A stretch of 64,000 nt of DNA from Betaproteobacteria bacterium Ga0077526. Lineage in GTDB: Bacteria; Pseudomonadota; Gammaproteobacteria; Burkholderiales; Ga0077523. Shown here in pieces: positions 1-9,449 of the stretch. Made by a program: the position numbers and the translations under genes. Where the stretch lies: contig LNDV01000031.1 of assembly GCA_001464765.1 (NCBI GenBank), positions 62,867 through 126,866 on the forward strand, read 5' to 3'. Position 1 is the stretch's first letter, and each line of letters begins with the position of its first letter. The notes under the pieces are model-generated. The model worked only from the letters and a program-made list of their open reading frames with translations. It had not been told where the DNA came from and searched no databases.

Positions 1-798
1 CACTACGAGAATTTTCCGGTTGCCTCGCTGGTCATGCCAGAGAGATACCGCGCGCCGGTCGCCGCGATCTACTGGTTCGCGAGAGAAGCCGACGATATCG
101 CAGACGAAGGCGACGCCAGCCCGCACGAACGGCTCGCCGGGTTGGCCGCGCGCCGGGAAGGGCTCGACCGGATCGCCCTGGGCGAGGACCCCGGCACCGA
201 CCTGTTACGCACCTTGGCGGCCCACGTTCGGGCCCATGACCTGCCCCTTCAACCCCTTTACGACCTGCTGGATGCATTCAGTCAGGACGTCACGACGACG
301 CGCTACCCGACGCAGGACGCCGTAATGGACTACTGCCGCCGGTCCGCCAACCCGGTCGGAACCCTGATGCTGCACCTCTATGGGTCGCCGACGCCCGAGA
401 ATCTGGCCTGCAGTGACCAGATCTGTTCCAGCCTGCAGCTCATCAACTTCCTGCAGGACATCGCGTCCGATTTCGGCCGTGGGCGCATCTACCTTCCCCA
501 GGAAGACCTTGACCGCTTCGGTATCGCGGAGCAGCAGATCGCCGAGGGCAGCGTGCGCGAACCCTGGTGGGCGTTCATGCAGTTCCAGATCGACCGAGCC
601 CGGGGCATGCTCCACGGCGGGAGCCCTCTGGGACGCCAGCTCCGCGGACGTCTCGGACTGGAACTGCGCCTCATCATCCAGGGCGGCGACCGGATCCTGG
701 AAAAGCTCACCGCCGTTCGCGGTGATGTCTTCCGTCACCGACCGGTGCTCGGCCCCTTCGACTGGCCGCTGATGTTCTTCCGGGCCCTCGCGCGCTAG
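1..798 (+). CDS. hpnC: Squalene synthase HpnC (5'-truncated)
   Basis: Frame 1 from nt 1 reads HYENFPVASL (HpnC N-terminal signature). Also has the Asp-rich motifs ADDIADE and LQLINFLQD; first gene of hpnCDE. Confidence 0.93.
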   Translation, partial: HYENFPVASLVMPERYRAPVAAIYWFAREADDIADEGDASPHERLAGLAARREGLDRIALGEDPGTDLLRTLAAHVRAHDLPLQPLYDLLDAFSQDVTTTRYPTQDAVMDYCRRSANPVGTLMLHLYGSPTPENLACSDQICSSLQLINFLQDIASDFGRGRIYLPQEDLDRFGIAEQQIAEGSVREPWWAFMQFQIDRARGMLHGGSPLGRQLRGRLGLELRLIIQGGDRILEKLTAVRGDVFRHRPVLGPFDWPLMFFRALAR

Positions 799-802
799 AG
801 CC

Positions 803-1636
803 ATGACTCCCGACGCCTACTGCCAGGACCGTGCCGCCCGAAGCGGCTCCAGCTTCTACTACAGCTTTCTGTTTCTGCCGCCGGAGCAGCGACGGGCTAT
901 CACCGCGCTCTACGCCTTCTGCCGGGAAGTCGACGACGTGGTCGACGAGATCGCCGATCCGGTGGTGGCGAGCGCGAAACTCCAGTGGTGGCGCCAGGAG
1001 GTGGGGCGCCTTTTCGACGGGTCGCCCCAGCACCCGGTCACCCAGGCGCTGCTGGAGCCTGTCCGCCGCTTCAGTCTCGATCGCGCCCACTTCGACGCAG
1101 TCCTCGATGGCATGCAGATGGACCTCGACTACAACCGCTACCCTGACTTCGCCACCCTGGAGGTGTACTGCCACCGGGTCGCAGGCGTCGTCGGCCTGCT
1201 GTCCGCCGACATCTTCGGCTACCGGCAGGCGCAGACGCGGGACTACGCCCGCAACCTCGGTATCGCGCTGCAGCTCACGAACATCGTCCGGGACGTCGGC
1301 GAGGATGTCCGCCGCAATCGAATCTACCTGCCGCTCGACGAGCTGAAGCGCTACGGCATCGACACTGACCAGCTGGTGCGTCTGGAGCAGTCCCCGGCGC
1401 TGGGCGAACTGCTGCGCTTCCAGGTGGAACGGGCCCGAGGTTTCTACCGCAAGGCCATGGATCTGCTCCCCGCCGAGGACCGGCGCGCGCAACGTGCGGG
1501 TCTGGTCATGGGCAACATCTACGCGCGTCTGCTCGACGAGGTGGCGCGCGAGGGCACGGCCACCCTGGCGCGCAAGGTCTCCCTCACCCCGCTGCGCAAG
1601 CTCTGGATCGCGTGGCGGACCTGGGTCTTCGCTTGA
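803..1636 (+). CDS. hpnD: Presqualene diphosphate synthase HpnD
   Basis: SGSSFYYSF, FCREVDDVVDE and LQLTNIVRDVGED motifs; lies between hpnC and hpnE. Confidence 0.95.
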   Translation: MTPDAYCQDRAARSGSSFYYSFLFLPPEQRRAITALYAFCREVDDVVDEIADPVVASAKLQWWRQEVGRLFDGSPQHPVTQALLEPVRRFSLDRAHFDAVLDGMQMDLDYNRYPDFATLEVYCHRVAGVVGLLSADIFGYRQAQTRDYARNLGIALQLTNIVRDVGEDVRRNRIYLPLDELKRYGIDTDQLVRLEQSPALGELLRFQVERARGFYRKAMDLLPAEDRRAQRAGLVMGNIYARLLDEVAREGTATLARKVSLTPLRKLWIAWRTWVFA

Positions 1637-1690
1637 TCACCCGGTCGCGGCCGCCCGCACCAGCACCCCGCGCCACCGACCAGGCAGGAC

Positions 1691-2980
1691 ATGGGGCCTG
1701 ATGCTGCCGTGGTCGGCGGCGGCTGGGCCGGACTGTCGGCCGCGCTGGTCCTGGCGGAAGCCGGGGCGAAAGTCACCGTGTTCGAGGCATCCGGCCACCT
1801 GGGTGGGCGAGCCCGCCGGGTCATGCACGAGGACGTGGCTCTGGACAACGGCCAGCACCTGCTGATCGGCGCCTATCGCGACACCCTTGCGCTGATCGGC
1901 CGGGTCCACGACGGCCCTCCCCCTCTGATTCGGACGCCGCTCCGTTTGCACGTAGGTCGCGACCTCGAACTCCGATGTCCCCCGTGGCCGGCGCCGCTGC
2001 ATCTCGCAGCCGGCCTGCTGGGCGCGAGCGGACTGTCATGGGGAGACCGCCTCGCCGCCGCCTCGATGATGCTCAAGCTCCGAATGGGCGGCTATAAGGT
2101 CCCGCCTGACTGGTCCGTGACAAGGCTGCTGGACCAGCACGCACAGACCTCACGCCTGCGGCGCCTCCTCTGGGAGCCTCTCTGCATCGCCGCGCTCAAC
2201 ACCGGCACGGCGGAGGCCGATGCGCAGGTTTTCGCCACCGTGCTCGGTCATTCGCTCGGCGGCGCCGCCGACGCCGCGGACCTCGTGTATCCCGCGACCG
2301 ACTTGGGCGCCCTGTTTCCGGATGCTGCTGCACAACGCATCGATAGACACGGCGGGGAGATCCTCCTTGGCACGGCGGTCCGCCGCATCACCCAGGACAC
2401 GCAAGGCTTCAAGCTGGAACTCGACGGGACGTCACGACGCGCGGACCACGTGGTCTGGGCGACCGACCCCGCACGGCTGGCCGGACCAACTGCCGATCTG
2501 CCCGAACTCGCGCAGGTACGCGAACAGATCTCGGCGTTTGCTTACCTCCCGATCGTCACCGTGTATCTGCACTATCCCGTCCCGCTGCCCTTCGACGGAC
2601 CGATGCTCGGCGACGCCGATGGCCCCGTGCAATGGTTTTTCGATCGCGGACAGCTCTGCGGGCAGACAGGCTGGGTGGGCGCAGTATGCAGTGCCGCCGA
2701 AGTCTGGCGAGGCGTCGACCGCGATGCGATCGGTGCTCTTGCAGCCAATCAGGTGGAGTCGCTGTTCCGAACCGGGATGGCGCCGGATCAGACGCTCGTG
2801 ATCACCGAGAAGCGCGCGACTTTCGCCTGTACTCCCGGACTCGTCCGACCGGCCCGCAGGACCGCGCTGCCACGCTTTCATCTGGCTGGCGATTACACTG
2901 CCAGTCCCTATCCGGCCACACTGGAAGCCGCCGTGCAGAGCGGGCTCGAGTGCGCAGCAGCCATACTGGAGGACGCTTGA
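1691..2980 (+). CDS. hpnE: Hydroxysqualene dehydroxylase HpnE (FAD-dependent)
   Basis: GGGWAGL FAD motif, LDNGQHLLIGAY, EKRATF and YPATLEAAV.SG motifs. Confidence 0.92.
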   Translation: MGPDAAVVGGGWAGLSAALVLAEAGAKVTVFEASGHLGGRARRVMHEDVALDNGQHLLIGAYRDTLALIGRVHDGPPPLIRTPLRLHVGRDLELRCPPWPAPLHLAAGLLGASGLSWGDRLAAASMMLKLRMGGYKVPPDWSVTRLLDQHAQTSRLRRLLWEPLCIAALNTGTAEADAQVFATVLGHSLGGAADAADLVYPATDLGALFPDAAAQRIDRHGGEILLGTAVRRITQDTQGFKLELDGTSRRADHVVWATDPARLAGPTADLPELAQVREQISAFAYLPIVTVYLHYPVPLPFDGPMLGDADGPVQWFFDRGQLCGQTGWVGAVCSAAEVWRGVDRDAIGALAANQVESLFRTGMAPDQTLVITEKRATFACTPGLVRPARRTALPRFHLAGDYTASPYPATLEAAVQSGLECAAAILEDA

Positions 2981-3741
2981 ATCATCACGAAGCAGGTCGG
3001 GTCGAAGCCGGCGCGCTGCACGGGCGCGCCATTCTGGTCACCGGGGCATCGGGTGCGCTGGGGCGGACCATTGCGCTCGGTGCGGCGCGTCATGGCGCCA
3101 CCGTGGTCCTCCACGGTCGGGACGAGAAGCGACTCATCGCGGTCTACGACGAGATTACCGCCCTCGGCGCGCCGGAACCCGCGGCGATCCCGCTGGATTT
3201 CTCGGGTGCCACTTCGCGCCATTTCGACGCGCTGGCTGCCGACATCGCAGGCCATGTAGGACGCCTCGACGGCATTGTTCACTGCGCGACACGATCGGAC
3301 CGGCTCGCGCCGATGGCCGCCAGTGCCGTGGAGGACTGGTCCGCCCTGTTCCAGGTCAACGTGACAGCCGCGCTGGGACTGACTCGAGCCTGCCTGCCGA
3401 TGCTGCGCGCCGCGCTGGACGCCTCCGTCGTGTTCACGCTGGAAGCCCATCACGGCTCAGCCACCTCCTTCTGGGGGCCCTACAGCGTGCCCGGTGCCGC
3501 CCTCGCCACCGCAATGCGGATCCACGCCAGCGAGGGAACGACCTTCCCCCACCTTCGTTTCAATGCGGTCGTGCCGGGACCGATCGCCGCGCCGACCCGA
3601 AGGATCACGCACCCGGCGGAAACCAAGGGCACGCTACCGCCCCCCGACTCGGTGGTGCCGGTCTACCTCTGGCTCTTGAGCGAGGCCGCGAAAGGCACCA
3701 CGGGGGAGATCTTCGCCCCTCCCCGGGACACCGCGGGCTGA
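2977..3741 (+). CDS. YciK-like short-chain dehydrogenase, apparently degenerate active site
   Basis: TTG start overlaps the hpnE stop (TTGA). Has the TGASGALG Rossmann motif and YciK-like LIAVYDEI...PLD and WGPY segments. Confidence 0.75.
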   Translation: MNHHEAGRVEAGALHGRAILVTGASGALGRTIALGAARHGATVVLHGRDEKRLIAVYDEITALGAPEPAAIPLDFSGATSRHFDALAADIAGHVGRLDGIVHCATRSDRLAPMAASAVEDWSALFQVNVTAALGLTRACLPMLRAALDASVVFTLEAHHGSATSFWGPYSVPGAALATAMRIHASEGTTFPHLRFNAVVPGPIAAPTRRITHPAETKGTLPPPDSVVPVYLWLLSEAAKGTTGEIFAPPRDTAG

Positions 3742-3766
3742 CGGCTGGCCGACAAGGCGGCTGGAA

Positions 3767-4180
3767 TCAGGACCGCGCGAGACACTGCCGGATCGCCTCC
3801 GGCAGCGGTGTGGAGCGGCCGCTCGCGATGTCGATCCAGACCATGACGGCCTCTCCGCGCGCGTAAACGACCTCCGGGTCCCGCGCGTCGCGCATCACGT
3901 GCTCCAGCACGAAGCTCGCATTGCCGACGCGCCCGCGGTTGAGTTCGATGATGACGTCCGCCGGATACAGTGCGGGACGCACAAAGCGGCAGGTGATGTT
4001 CCCGAGCACCGGGCCCTCGGTCCCGCCGGCGGACTTGACGCCGAGGGAATCGAACCACGAGATGCGCGCCTGTTCGAAGTAACGGAAGTAGGACACGTTG
4101 TTGAGATGCTGCATGGCGTCCATCTCGCCCCAGCGCAGTCGCATCGTCTCGGTATGCAGCGGATTGTTGTCGGCAGTCAT
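3767..4180 (-). CDS. Acyl-CoA thioesterase (4HBT/FadM-like hotdog fold)
   Basis: RWGEMDAMQHLNNVSYFRYFEQAR motif; divergent from ETF-QO. Confidence 0.88.
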   Translation of the reverse strand: MTADNNPLHTETMRLRWGEMDAMQHLNNVSYFRYFEQARISWFDSLGVKSAGGTEGPVLGNITCRFVRPALYPADVIIELNRGRVGNASFVLEHVMRDARDPEVVYARGEAVMVWIDIASGRSTPLPEAIRQCLARS

Positions 4181-4326
4181 CTCGGGGGAGACCCTGTTTC
4201 GCGGGAAGTCCGGTCGCGCGCACCACACACGGTGACGGGTCCGCGATTCCTTCGGTTTATCATTGCCTGCTTCGATATGCAGACGTGGTGGCGGCGGACC
4301 GTAGTTTAGTGCCTCGGCCGCCCTCG

Positions 4327-5988
4327 ATGGAGAACATTGCCTTGCAAGAACGCGAGTTCATGGAGTACGACGTGGTGATCGTCGGCGGCGGCCCGGCGGG
4401 GCTGGGCGCCGCGATCCGGGTGAAGCAGATCTCCGCCGAACGCGGCCAGGACATCTCCGTCTGCGTGCTCGAAAAGGGGTCTGAACTGGGAGCCCATACG
4501 CTGTCCGGTGCGGTGATGGACCCTCGCGCCCTCGACGAACTGTTCCCCGACTGGAAGGGCATGGGCGCGCCGCTCAATACGCCAGTGAGCGAAGACCGGT
4601 TCCTGTTCCTCTCCGAGTCCGGCGCGCGTCGCACGCCCGACTGGATGCTGCCGGACTGTTTCCGCAATCACGGCAACTACATCGTGAGTCTGGGCAACGT
4701 CGTGCGCTGGCTGGGGCAGCAGGCCGAATCGCTCGGCGTCGAGATCTATCCCGGGTTCGCTGCAGCGGAGATCCTCTACGACGAGAACGGCGCCGTGAAG
4801 GGCGTCGCCACTGGCGACATGGGCGTGGGGCGCGACGGGCAGCCGACACACGCGTTCCAGCGCGGCATGGAGCTCCACGGCAAGTACACCTTCTTCGCGG
4901 AAGGCTCGCGCGGGCACCTCGGCAAGGAACTCATCCGCAAGTTCTCGCTCGACGCCGGCCGGGACCCTCAGTCCTACGGGATCGGCCTCAAGGAACTCTG
5001 GGAGATCGATCCCGCGAAGCACAAGCCCGGCCTCGTGGTCCACACGGCCGGCTGGCCCCTCGCGAGCGACACGTACGGCGGGTCGTTTCTCTATCACCTG
5101 GAGAACAGCCAGGTGGCGGTCGGCTTCGTGGTCGGCCTCGCGTACCAGAACCCGTATCTGTCGCCCTACGAGGAATTCCAGCGCTACAAGACGCATCCCG
5201 AGATCCGCACCTTCTTCGAGGGCGGCAAGCGCATCGCCTACGGCGCACGCGCCATCACCGCCGGCGGACTCCAGGCACTCCCCAAGCTGGTCTTCCCGGG
5301 CGGCGCACTCCTGGGCTGCGATGCCGGCATGCTGAACGCCTCGCGGATCAAGGGCAGCCATGCCGCCATCAAGTCCGGCATGCTGGCCGCCGACGCCGCG
5401 GTCGACGCGCTCGCCGCGGGCAATTCGCGCGATTCTCTCGACGCCTACCCCCGCGCGTTCGACCAGAGCTGGCTGCACGACGAACTGTACCGGGCCCGCA
5501 ACTTCAAGCCGGCCATGTCGAAGGGGCTGATGATGGGAACGCTGCTGGTGGGCGTCGACCAGGTCGTGTTCAAGGGACGCGCACCGTGGACCATGCACAT
5601 CACCCACCACGACCATGAATGCCTGCGACCGGCTTCCGAGTTCTCGCCGATCGAATACCCGAAGCCCGACGGCAAGCTCACGTTCGACCGCCTTTCCTCG
5701 GTGTTCATCTCGAACACGAATCACGAGGAGAATCAGCCCATCCATCTCACCCTGGGTGACGCATCGGTGCCGGTGGCCGTGAACCTCGCCCGCTACGCCG
5801 GCCCCGAGCAGAGATACTGCCCCGCAGGAGTGTACGAGTTCGTCCGCAACGACGACGGCAGCGACCGGCTCCAGATCAACGCGCAGAACTGCGTGCACTG
5901 CAAGACCTGCGACATCAAGGATCCCACGCAGAACATCGGCTGGGTCGTGCCCGAGGGCGGCGGCGGCCCCAACTACCCGAACATGTGA
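4327..5988 (+). CDS. etfD: Electron transfer flavoprotein-ubiquinone oxidoreductase
   Basis: MEYDVVIVGGGPAGL, GAHTLSGA, and C-terminal 4Fe-4S motifs YCPAGVYE and NCVHCKTCDIKDP. Confidence 0.96.
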   Translation: MENIALQEREFMEYDVVIVGGGPAGLGAAIRVKQISAERGQDISVCVLEKGSELGAHTLSGAVMDPRALDELFPDWKGMGAPLNTPVSEDRFLFLSESGARRTPDWMLPDCFRNHGNYIVSLGNVVRWLGQQAESLGVEIYPGFAAAEILYDENGAVKGVATGDMGVGRDGQPTHAFQRGMELHGKYTFFAEGSRGHLGKELIRKFSLDAGRDPQSYGIGLKELWEIDPAKHKPGLVVHTAGWPLASDTYGGSFLYHLENSQVAVGFVVGLAYQNPYLSPYEEFQRYKTHPEIRTFFEGGKRIAYGARAITAGGLQALPKLVFPGGALLGCDAGMLNASRIKGSHAAIKSGMLAADAAVDALAAGNSRDSLDAYPRAFDQSWLHDELYRARNFKPAMSKGLMMGTLLVGVDQVVFKGRAPWTMHITHHDHECLRPASEFSPIEYPKPDGKLTFDRLSSVFISNTNHEENQPIHLTLGDASVPVAVNLARYAGPEQRYCPAGVYEFVRNDDGSDRLQINAQNCVHCKTCDIKDPTQNIGWVVPEGGGGPNYPNM

Positions 5989-8027
5989 CAGAAGCGGCAC
6001 CGGTGTCACCCGTTTCGAACGTCGCGACAGCAGGCATCACCGCGGCGCTCGCCGCCATCGCCAGGGAGCCTGCCGACGATACGCCCGTCAGGCTCGAGGC
6101 ACTGGTTGCGGCCATGCGCCCGCGTCGTGCGGGGGACGCTGCTGCCGCCGTGGCGAACTTCGATGCCCTTCTCGCGTGTCTCGACGCGGACCCCTCCCTC
6201 GCTCCGGCCCTTCGCGCCCATCTGGGTCGGCAGCTCGCAAGCCGCCGACAGGCCGATACCTTCGCAGAACTCGGCGTGCTGCCGAGCACCGGGTTCTTCT
6301 CGGAACTGCGGCGCCGGGTCGCGGAACGACTGCTGCCGACCTTGCGGGACGACGACTCGCTGCGCAGCCTCCTCGCCCACCTGCTGCCCCGCCGCGACGA
6401 CTACCGCTGGATCGAGGCCATCGATGACGGGCGCTGGCTGCGCCTGCTGAACCGGCTCGACGCGGCGACCGATCGCGTTCACGCGGGTGGCCGCACATTC
6501 TCCGAGATTCTCGCAGCCGCCCGCACGATCTCCCACCGCATCGCCTCGATCGGTCTCGAGCCGGACCTGGCCGCCGTCAGCGAGGAGATCCGACGCTACG
6601 AGTCGCCCTTCGTCGCGCAGAACGTGGAGATGCACCGCTTCCTCGATTCCCACAGGCGCGAAGACTCGACGCCCACCGAGCGGGAGGAGGACCGCCAGCA
6701 GATTCTGATCCTGCTGGAACAGTGCCAGAAGATCATCGAGAAGATCCGGCGCGGCACGGGTACCACCGGCATCAGCGTCGCACTCACCTATCGCCTCCAG
6801 AGGCTGGGGGACAACATCGTCCGGCTGGAGGATCTGCTCGCCCTGCTCCATCCGTCGGACCGCGATGTCCGGGACCGATCGTCACTGCGGCTGGTGCGCG
6901 GCTTCGCCGAGGCCCACTGCCGGGAGAACGATCTCGGCGCGCACTTCGCGCGCAACACGGCATTGCTGGCTCGCGAGATCACGGAACACTCCGGCCGGAC
7001 TGGCGAGCACTACATCACGGCCACGCGCGAGGAGTACGGTCAGATGTTCCGCGCCGCCCTCGGCGCGGGCGCCATCGTGCCCATCCTCGCTTTCCTCAAG
7101 ATCTGGCTGCACGGCCTGCACGCCCCGCCGGTCATCGAAGGGCTGCTGTACGGACTCAACTACGTCATCGGGTTCGTGCTGATCCACATGCTCCACTTCA
7201 CGCTCGCGACCAAGCAGCCGGCCATGACGGCCACGCGGCTGGCGGCCGCGCTGTCCGCCCCGGAAGGGCGCAAGCCGGACCCCGATCAGCTCGCCAATCT
7301 CGTCGTGCGGCTGTGTCGAAGCCAGTTCATTGCGGTGGTCGGCAACATTGCGTTCGCGTTTCCGCTGGCCATGCTCGCCAGCGCACTGTGGTTCGGCATC
7401 TTCGGCACGCCGGTGGCTGACGCCGCGAAGGCGGAGAAGCTGCTCACGGACATCCATCCGGGGGCCAGTCTTGCGCTCTGGTATGCGGCAATCGCCGGGG
7501 TGTATCTGTTCCTGTCCGGCATCGTGAGCGGCTACTACGACAACATGGCGGTCTATCGCCGGATTCCGCAGCGGGTGGCCGGGCTGCCGTGGCTGCGGTC
7601 GATCGCAGGCGGGCCCGGCGCCGATGCGGTCGGGCGTTATCTGGAACGCAATCTCGGCGGCCTTGCCGGCAACATCTTCTTCGGCTTCATGCTGGGCATC
7701 ACGGGGGCGATCGGCTTCAATCTCGGCCTCCCGCTCGACATCCGGCACGTCACCTTCTCGTCGGCGAACCTGGCGATCGGATGGTTCACGCTTGGCGATG
7801 GCCTGCCGACCGACCTTCTGCTCTGGGCCGTAGCGGGCGTGCTGCTGGTGGGCATGGTCAACCTGTTCGTGAGCTTCGGCCTCGCCCTCTATCTGGCGCT
7901 CCGCGCACGACAGGTCCCGCTGGAATACCTGATGGGCGTGGGGCGCCCGCTCCTTCGCGCGCTGCTGACCCGCCCGCTGGACTTCATCCGACCGCCGCGC
8001 GATGACGCCGGCGGCGGAACGCATTGA
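5985..8027 (+). CDS. Gcr ('site-specific recombinase') family polytopic membrane protein
   Basis: GEHYIT, TLATKQPAMTA, RSQFIAVVGN, SGYYDN, GLPLDIRHVTFSS and VNLFVSFGLAL motifs. The C-terminal half has several hydrophobic helices. GTGA overlap with the ETF-QO stop. Confidence 0.85.
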   Translation: MTEAAPVSPVSNVATAGITAALAAIAREPADDTPVRLEALVAAMRPRRAGDAAAAVANFDALLACLDADPSLAPALRAHLGRQLASRRQADTFAELGVLPSTGFFSELRRRVAERLLPTLRDDDSLRSLLAHLLPRRDDYRWIEAIDDGRWLRLLNRLDAATDRVHAGGRTFSEILAAARTISHRIASIGLEPDLAAVSEEIRRYESPFVAQNVEMHRFLDSHRREDSTPTEREEDRQQILILLEQCQKIIEKIRRGTGTTGISVALTYRLQRLGDNIVRLEDLLALLHPSDRDVRDRSSLRLVRGFAEAHCRENDLGAHFARNTALLAREITEHSGRTGEHYITATREEYGQMFRAALGAGAIVPILAFLKIWLHGLHAPPVIEGLLYGLNYVIGFVLIHMLHFTLATKQPAMTATRLAAALSAPEGRKPDPDQLANLVVRLCRSQFIAVVGNIAFAFPLAMLASALWFGIFGTPVADAAKAEKLLTDIHPGASLALWYAAIAGVYLFLSGIVSGYYDNMAVYRRIPQRVAGLPWLRSIAGGPGADAVGRYLERNLGGLAGNIFFGFMLGITGAIGFNLGLPLDIRHVTFSSANLAIGWFTLGDGLPTDLLLWAVAGVLLVGMVNLFVSFGLALYLALRARQVPLEYLMGVGRPLLRALLTRPLDFIRPPRDDAGGGTH

Positions 8028-8126
8028 CCCCCCCCGCCTTTCGGGCTGCGGAGCACGCCGATACAATCGTGGCGAATCGCCGGTTCCCATCGGACCGGCC
8101 CCGCCGCCCCTTCCAGGACTCCAGCC

Positions 8127-8867
8127 ATGACCGACCGTGACGCCATCCGCCAGGCCCGTATCGACCTCACCGCCGCGTTGCGCTCTGCCGCACGCCTCGG
8201 GCTCAATGAAGGGGTCTGCAACCATTTCAGCCTCGAGGTTCCGGGGCAGCCGGACCGATTCCTCATCAATCCGCAGGGACTGCACTGGTCCGAGCTCACG
8301 CCGGCCGACATGATGATCGTGGACGAAAAGGGCATCGTCGTGGAAGGCAAGCACAAGGTGGAACCGACGGCGTTCTTCATCCATGGCCGCATCCACCTGG
8401 GCAAGCGCAAGAAGTGCGTGCTGCATACCCACATGCCGTTCGCGACGGCACTGTGCCTGCTCGAGAACGGCAAGCTCGACTGCCTTGCGAACCAGAACGC
8501 GATGCGATTCTGGAACCGCATCCGCTACGACGAGGAGTATGGCGGGGTGGCACTCGACAACGCCGAGGGCGACCGCATCTGCAACGCGCTGGGGGATGGC
8601 GACATTGCGTTCCTCGCGCATCACGGCGTGCTGGTGTGCGGAGAGAACGTCGCCTATGCTTTCGACGATCTCTACTACCTTGAGCGCTCGTGCATGGTCC
8701 AGGTGCTGGCCATGGGTACCGGCGGCAAGCTCAAGCACGCGCCGCAGCACCTCGTCGAGCAAGCCGCCCGGCAGATCGAAAGCGAGCGGCAGCAGTCGAC
8801 GCTGCACTTCGACGCCCTGAAGCGCATCCTCGACCGCGACGAGTCCGGCTGGTCGGGTCACCGCTGA
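8127..8867 (+). CDS. Class II aldolase/adducin family protein
   Basis: EGVCNHFS, FFIHGRIH, LHTHMP and LAHHGV metal-ligand motifs. Confidence 0.9.
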   Translation: MTDRDAIRQARIDLTAALRSAARLGLNEGVCNHFSLEVPGQPDRFLINPQGLHWSELTPADMMIVDEKGIVVEGKHKVEPTAFFIHGRIHLGKRKKCVLHTHMPFATALCLLENGKLDCLANQNAMRFWNRIRYDEEYGGVALDNAEGDRICNALGDGDIAFLAHHGVLVCGENVAYAFDDLYYLERSCMVQVLAMGTGGKLKHAPQHLVEQAARQIESERQQSTLHFDALKRILDRDESGWSGHR

Positions 8868-8875
8868 GTCGGCAT

Positions 8876-8898
8876 GAAGGCCCTCCTAGAGGGCCTTC
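8876..8898. terminator. Hairpin between convergent genes (possible bidirectional terminator)
   Basis: GAAGGCCCTC-CTA-GAGGGCCTTC, a perfect 10-bp stem; no clear U-tract. Confidence 0.55.
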
Positions 8899-8960
8899 GA
8901 TCCCACGCAGAGCCGACCGACGCGCGATATCGCCTTCGTCGATCGGCCCCTTGAAACGAC

Positions 8961-9410
8961 TTACTCCTCGCGCAGCCAGGTCTGGGTGCGGCCGATGAGC
9001 GACACCCCGATGAAGCCGCGAACATTGAGCTTCGCGCCGCCCTCGATCAGTTCCATCTTGCAGCGGTAGGTCTTGCCGTTCTTCGGATCGAGGATCTCTC
9101 CGCCCTTGTAGACGTCGTCGTCCTTGGAGAGCCCCCAGAGGATGGTCATGCCGACCACGGGCTTATCCTTGCGCTCGCCCGGGCACGCCCGGCACAGCCC
9201 GTCCGGATCGTCATCGGGACGCCGGTTCAGCAGTTTCTCCACGCGCCCCTCGAACACACCGTTCTTCTCCACGATCCGCACCAGGGAGCGGGGCTCCTTG
9301 GTCTTGTCGTCGATGGTCTTCCAGAGCCCGACGGGGCTGTCACCCGCGCCGGCGAGCGCCGTCCCGGCCCACACCATCAACGCCACGAACCCAGTCATCA
9401 GTCGCATCAT
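8961..9410 (-). CDS. DUF2147 family exported protein
   Basis: Signal peptide; GLWKTIDD, GEILDPKNGKTY and VRGFIGVSLIGRTQTW motifs. Confidence 0.9.
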   Translation of the reverse strand: MMRLMTGFVALMVWAGTALAGAGDSPVGLWKTIDDKTKEPRSLVRIVEKNGVFEGRVEKLLNRRPDDDPDGLCRACPGERKDKPVVGMTILWGLSKDDDVYKGGEILDPKNGKTYRCKMELIEGGAKLNVRGFIGVSLIGRTQTWLREE

Positions 9411-9449
9411 CTTCTCCGTCCTCCGTGTTTGCCGAGCAGTTTCGATCCG

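Noticed and set aside
4306-6009. 567-aa antisense ORF mirroring ETF-QO (similar cases: 17096-19789, 49086-51749, 28761-31400, 27370-29637)
   Set aside because: These are shadow ORFs caused by high-GC codon bias opposite real genes; they carry no motifs.
5985-8027. Mobile element implied by the 'site-specific recombinase' family name
   Set aside because: It is a membrane protein with no recombinase catalytic motif and no att sites or flanking repeats.
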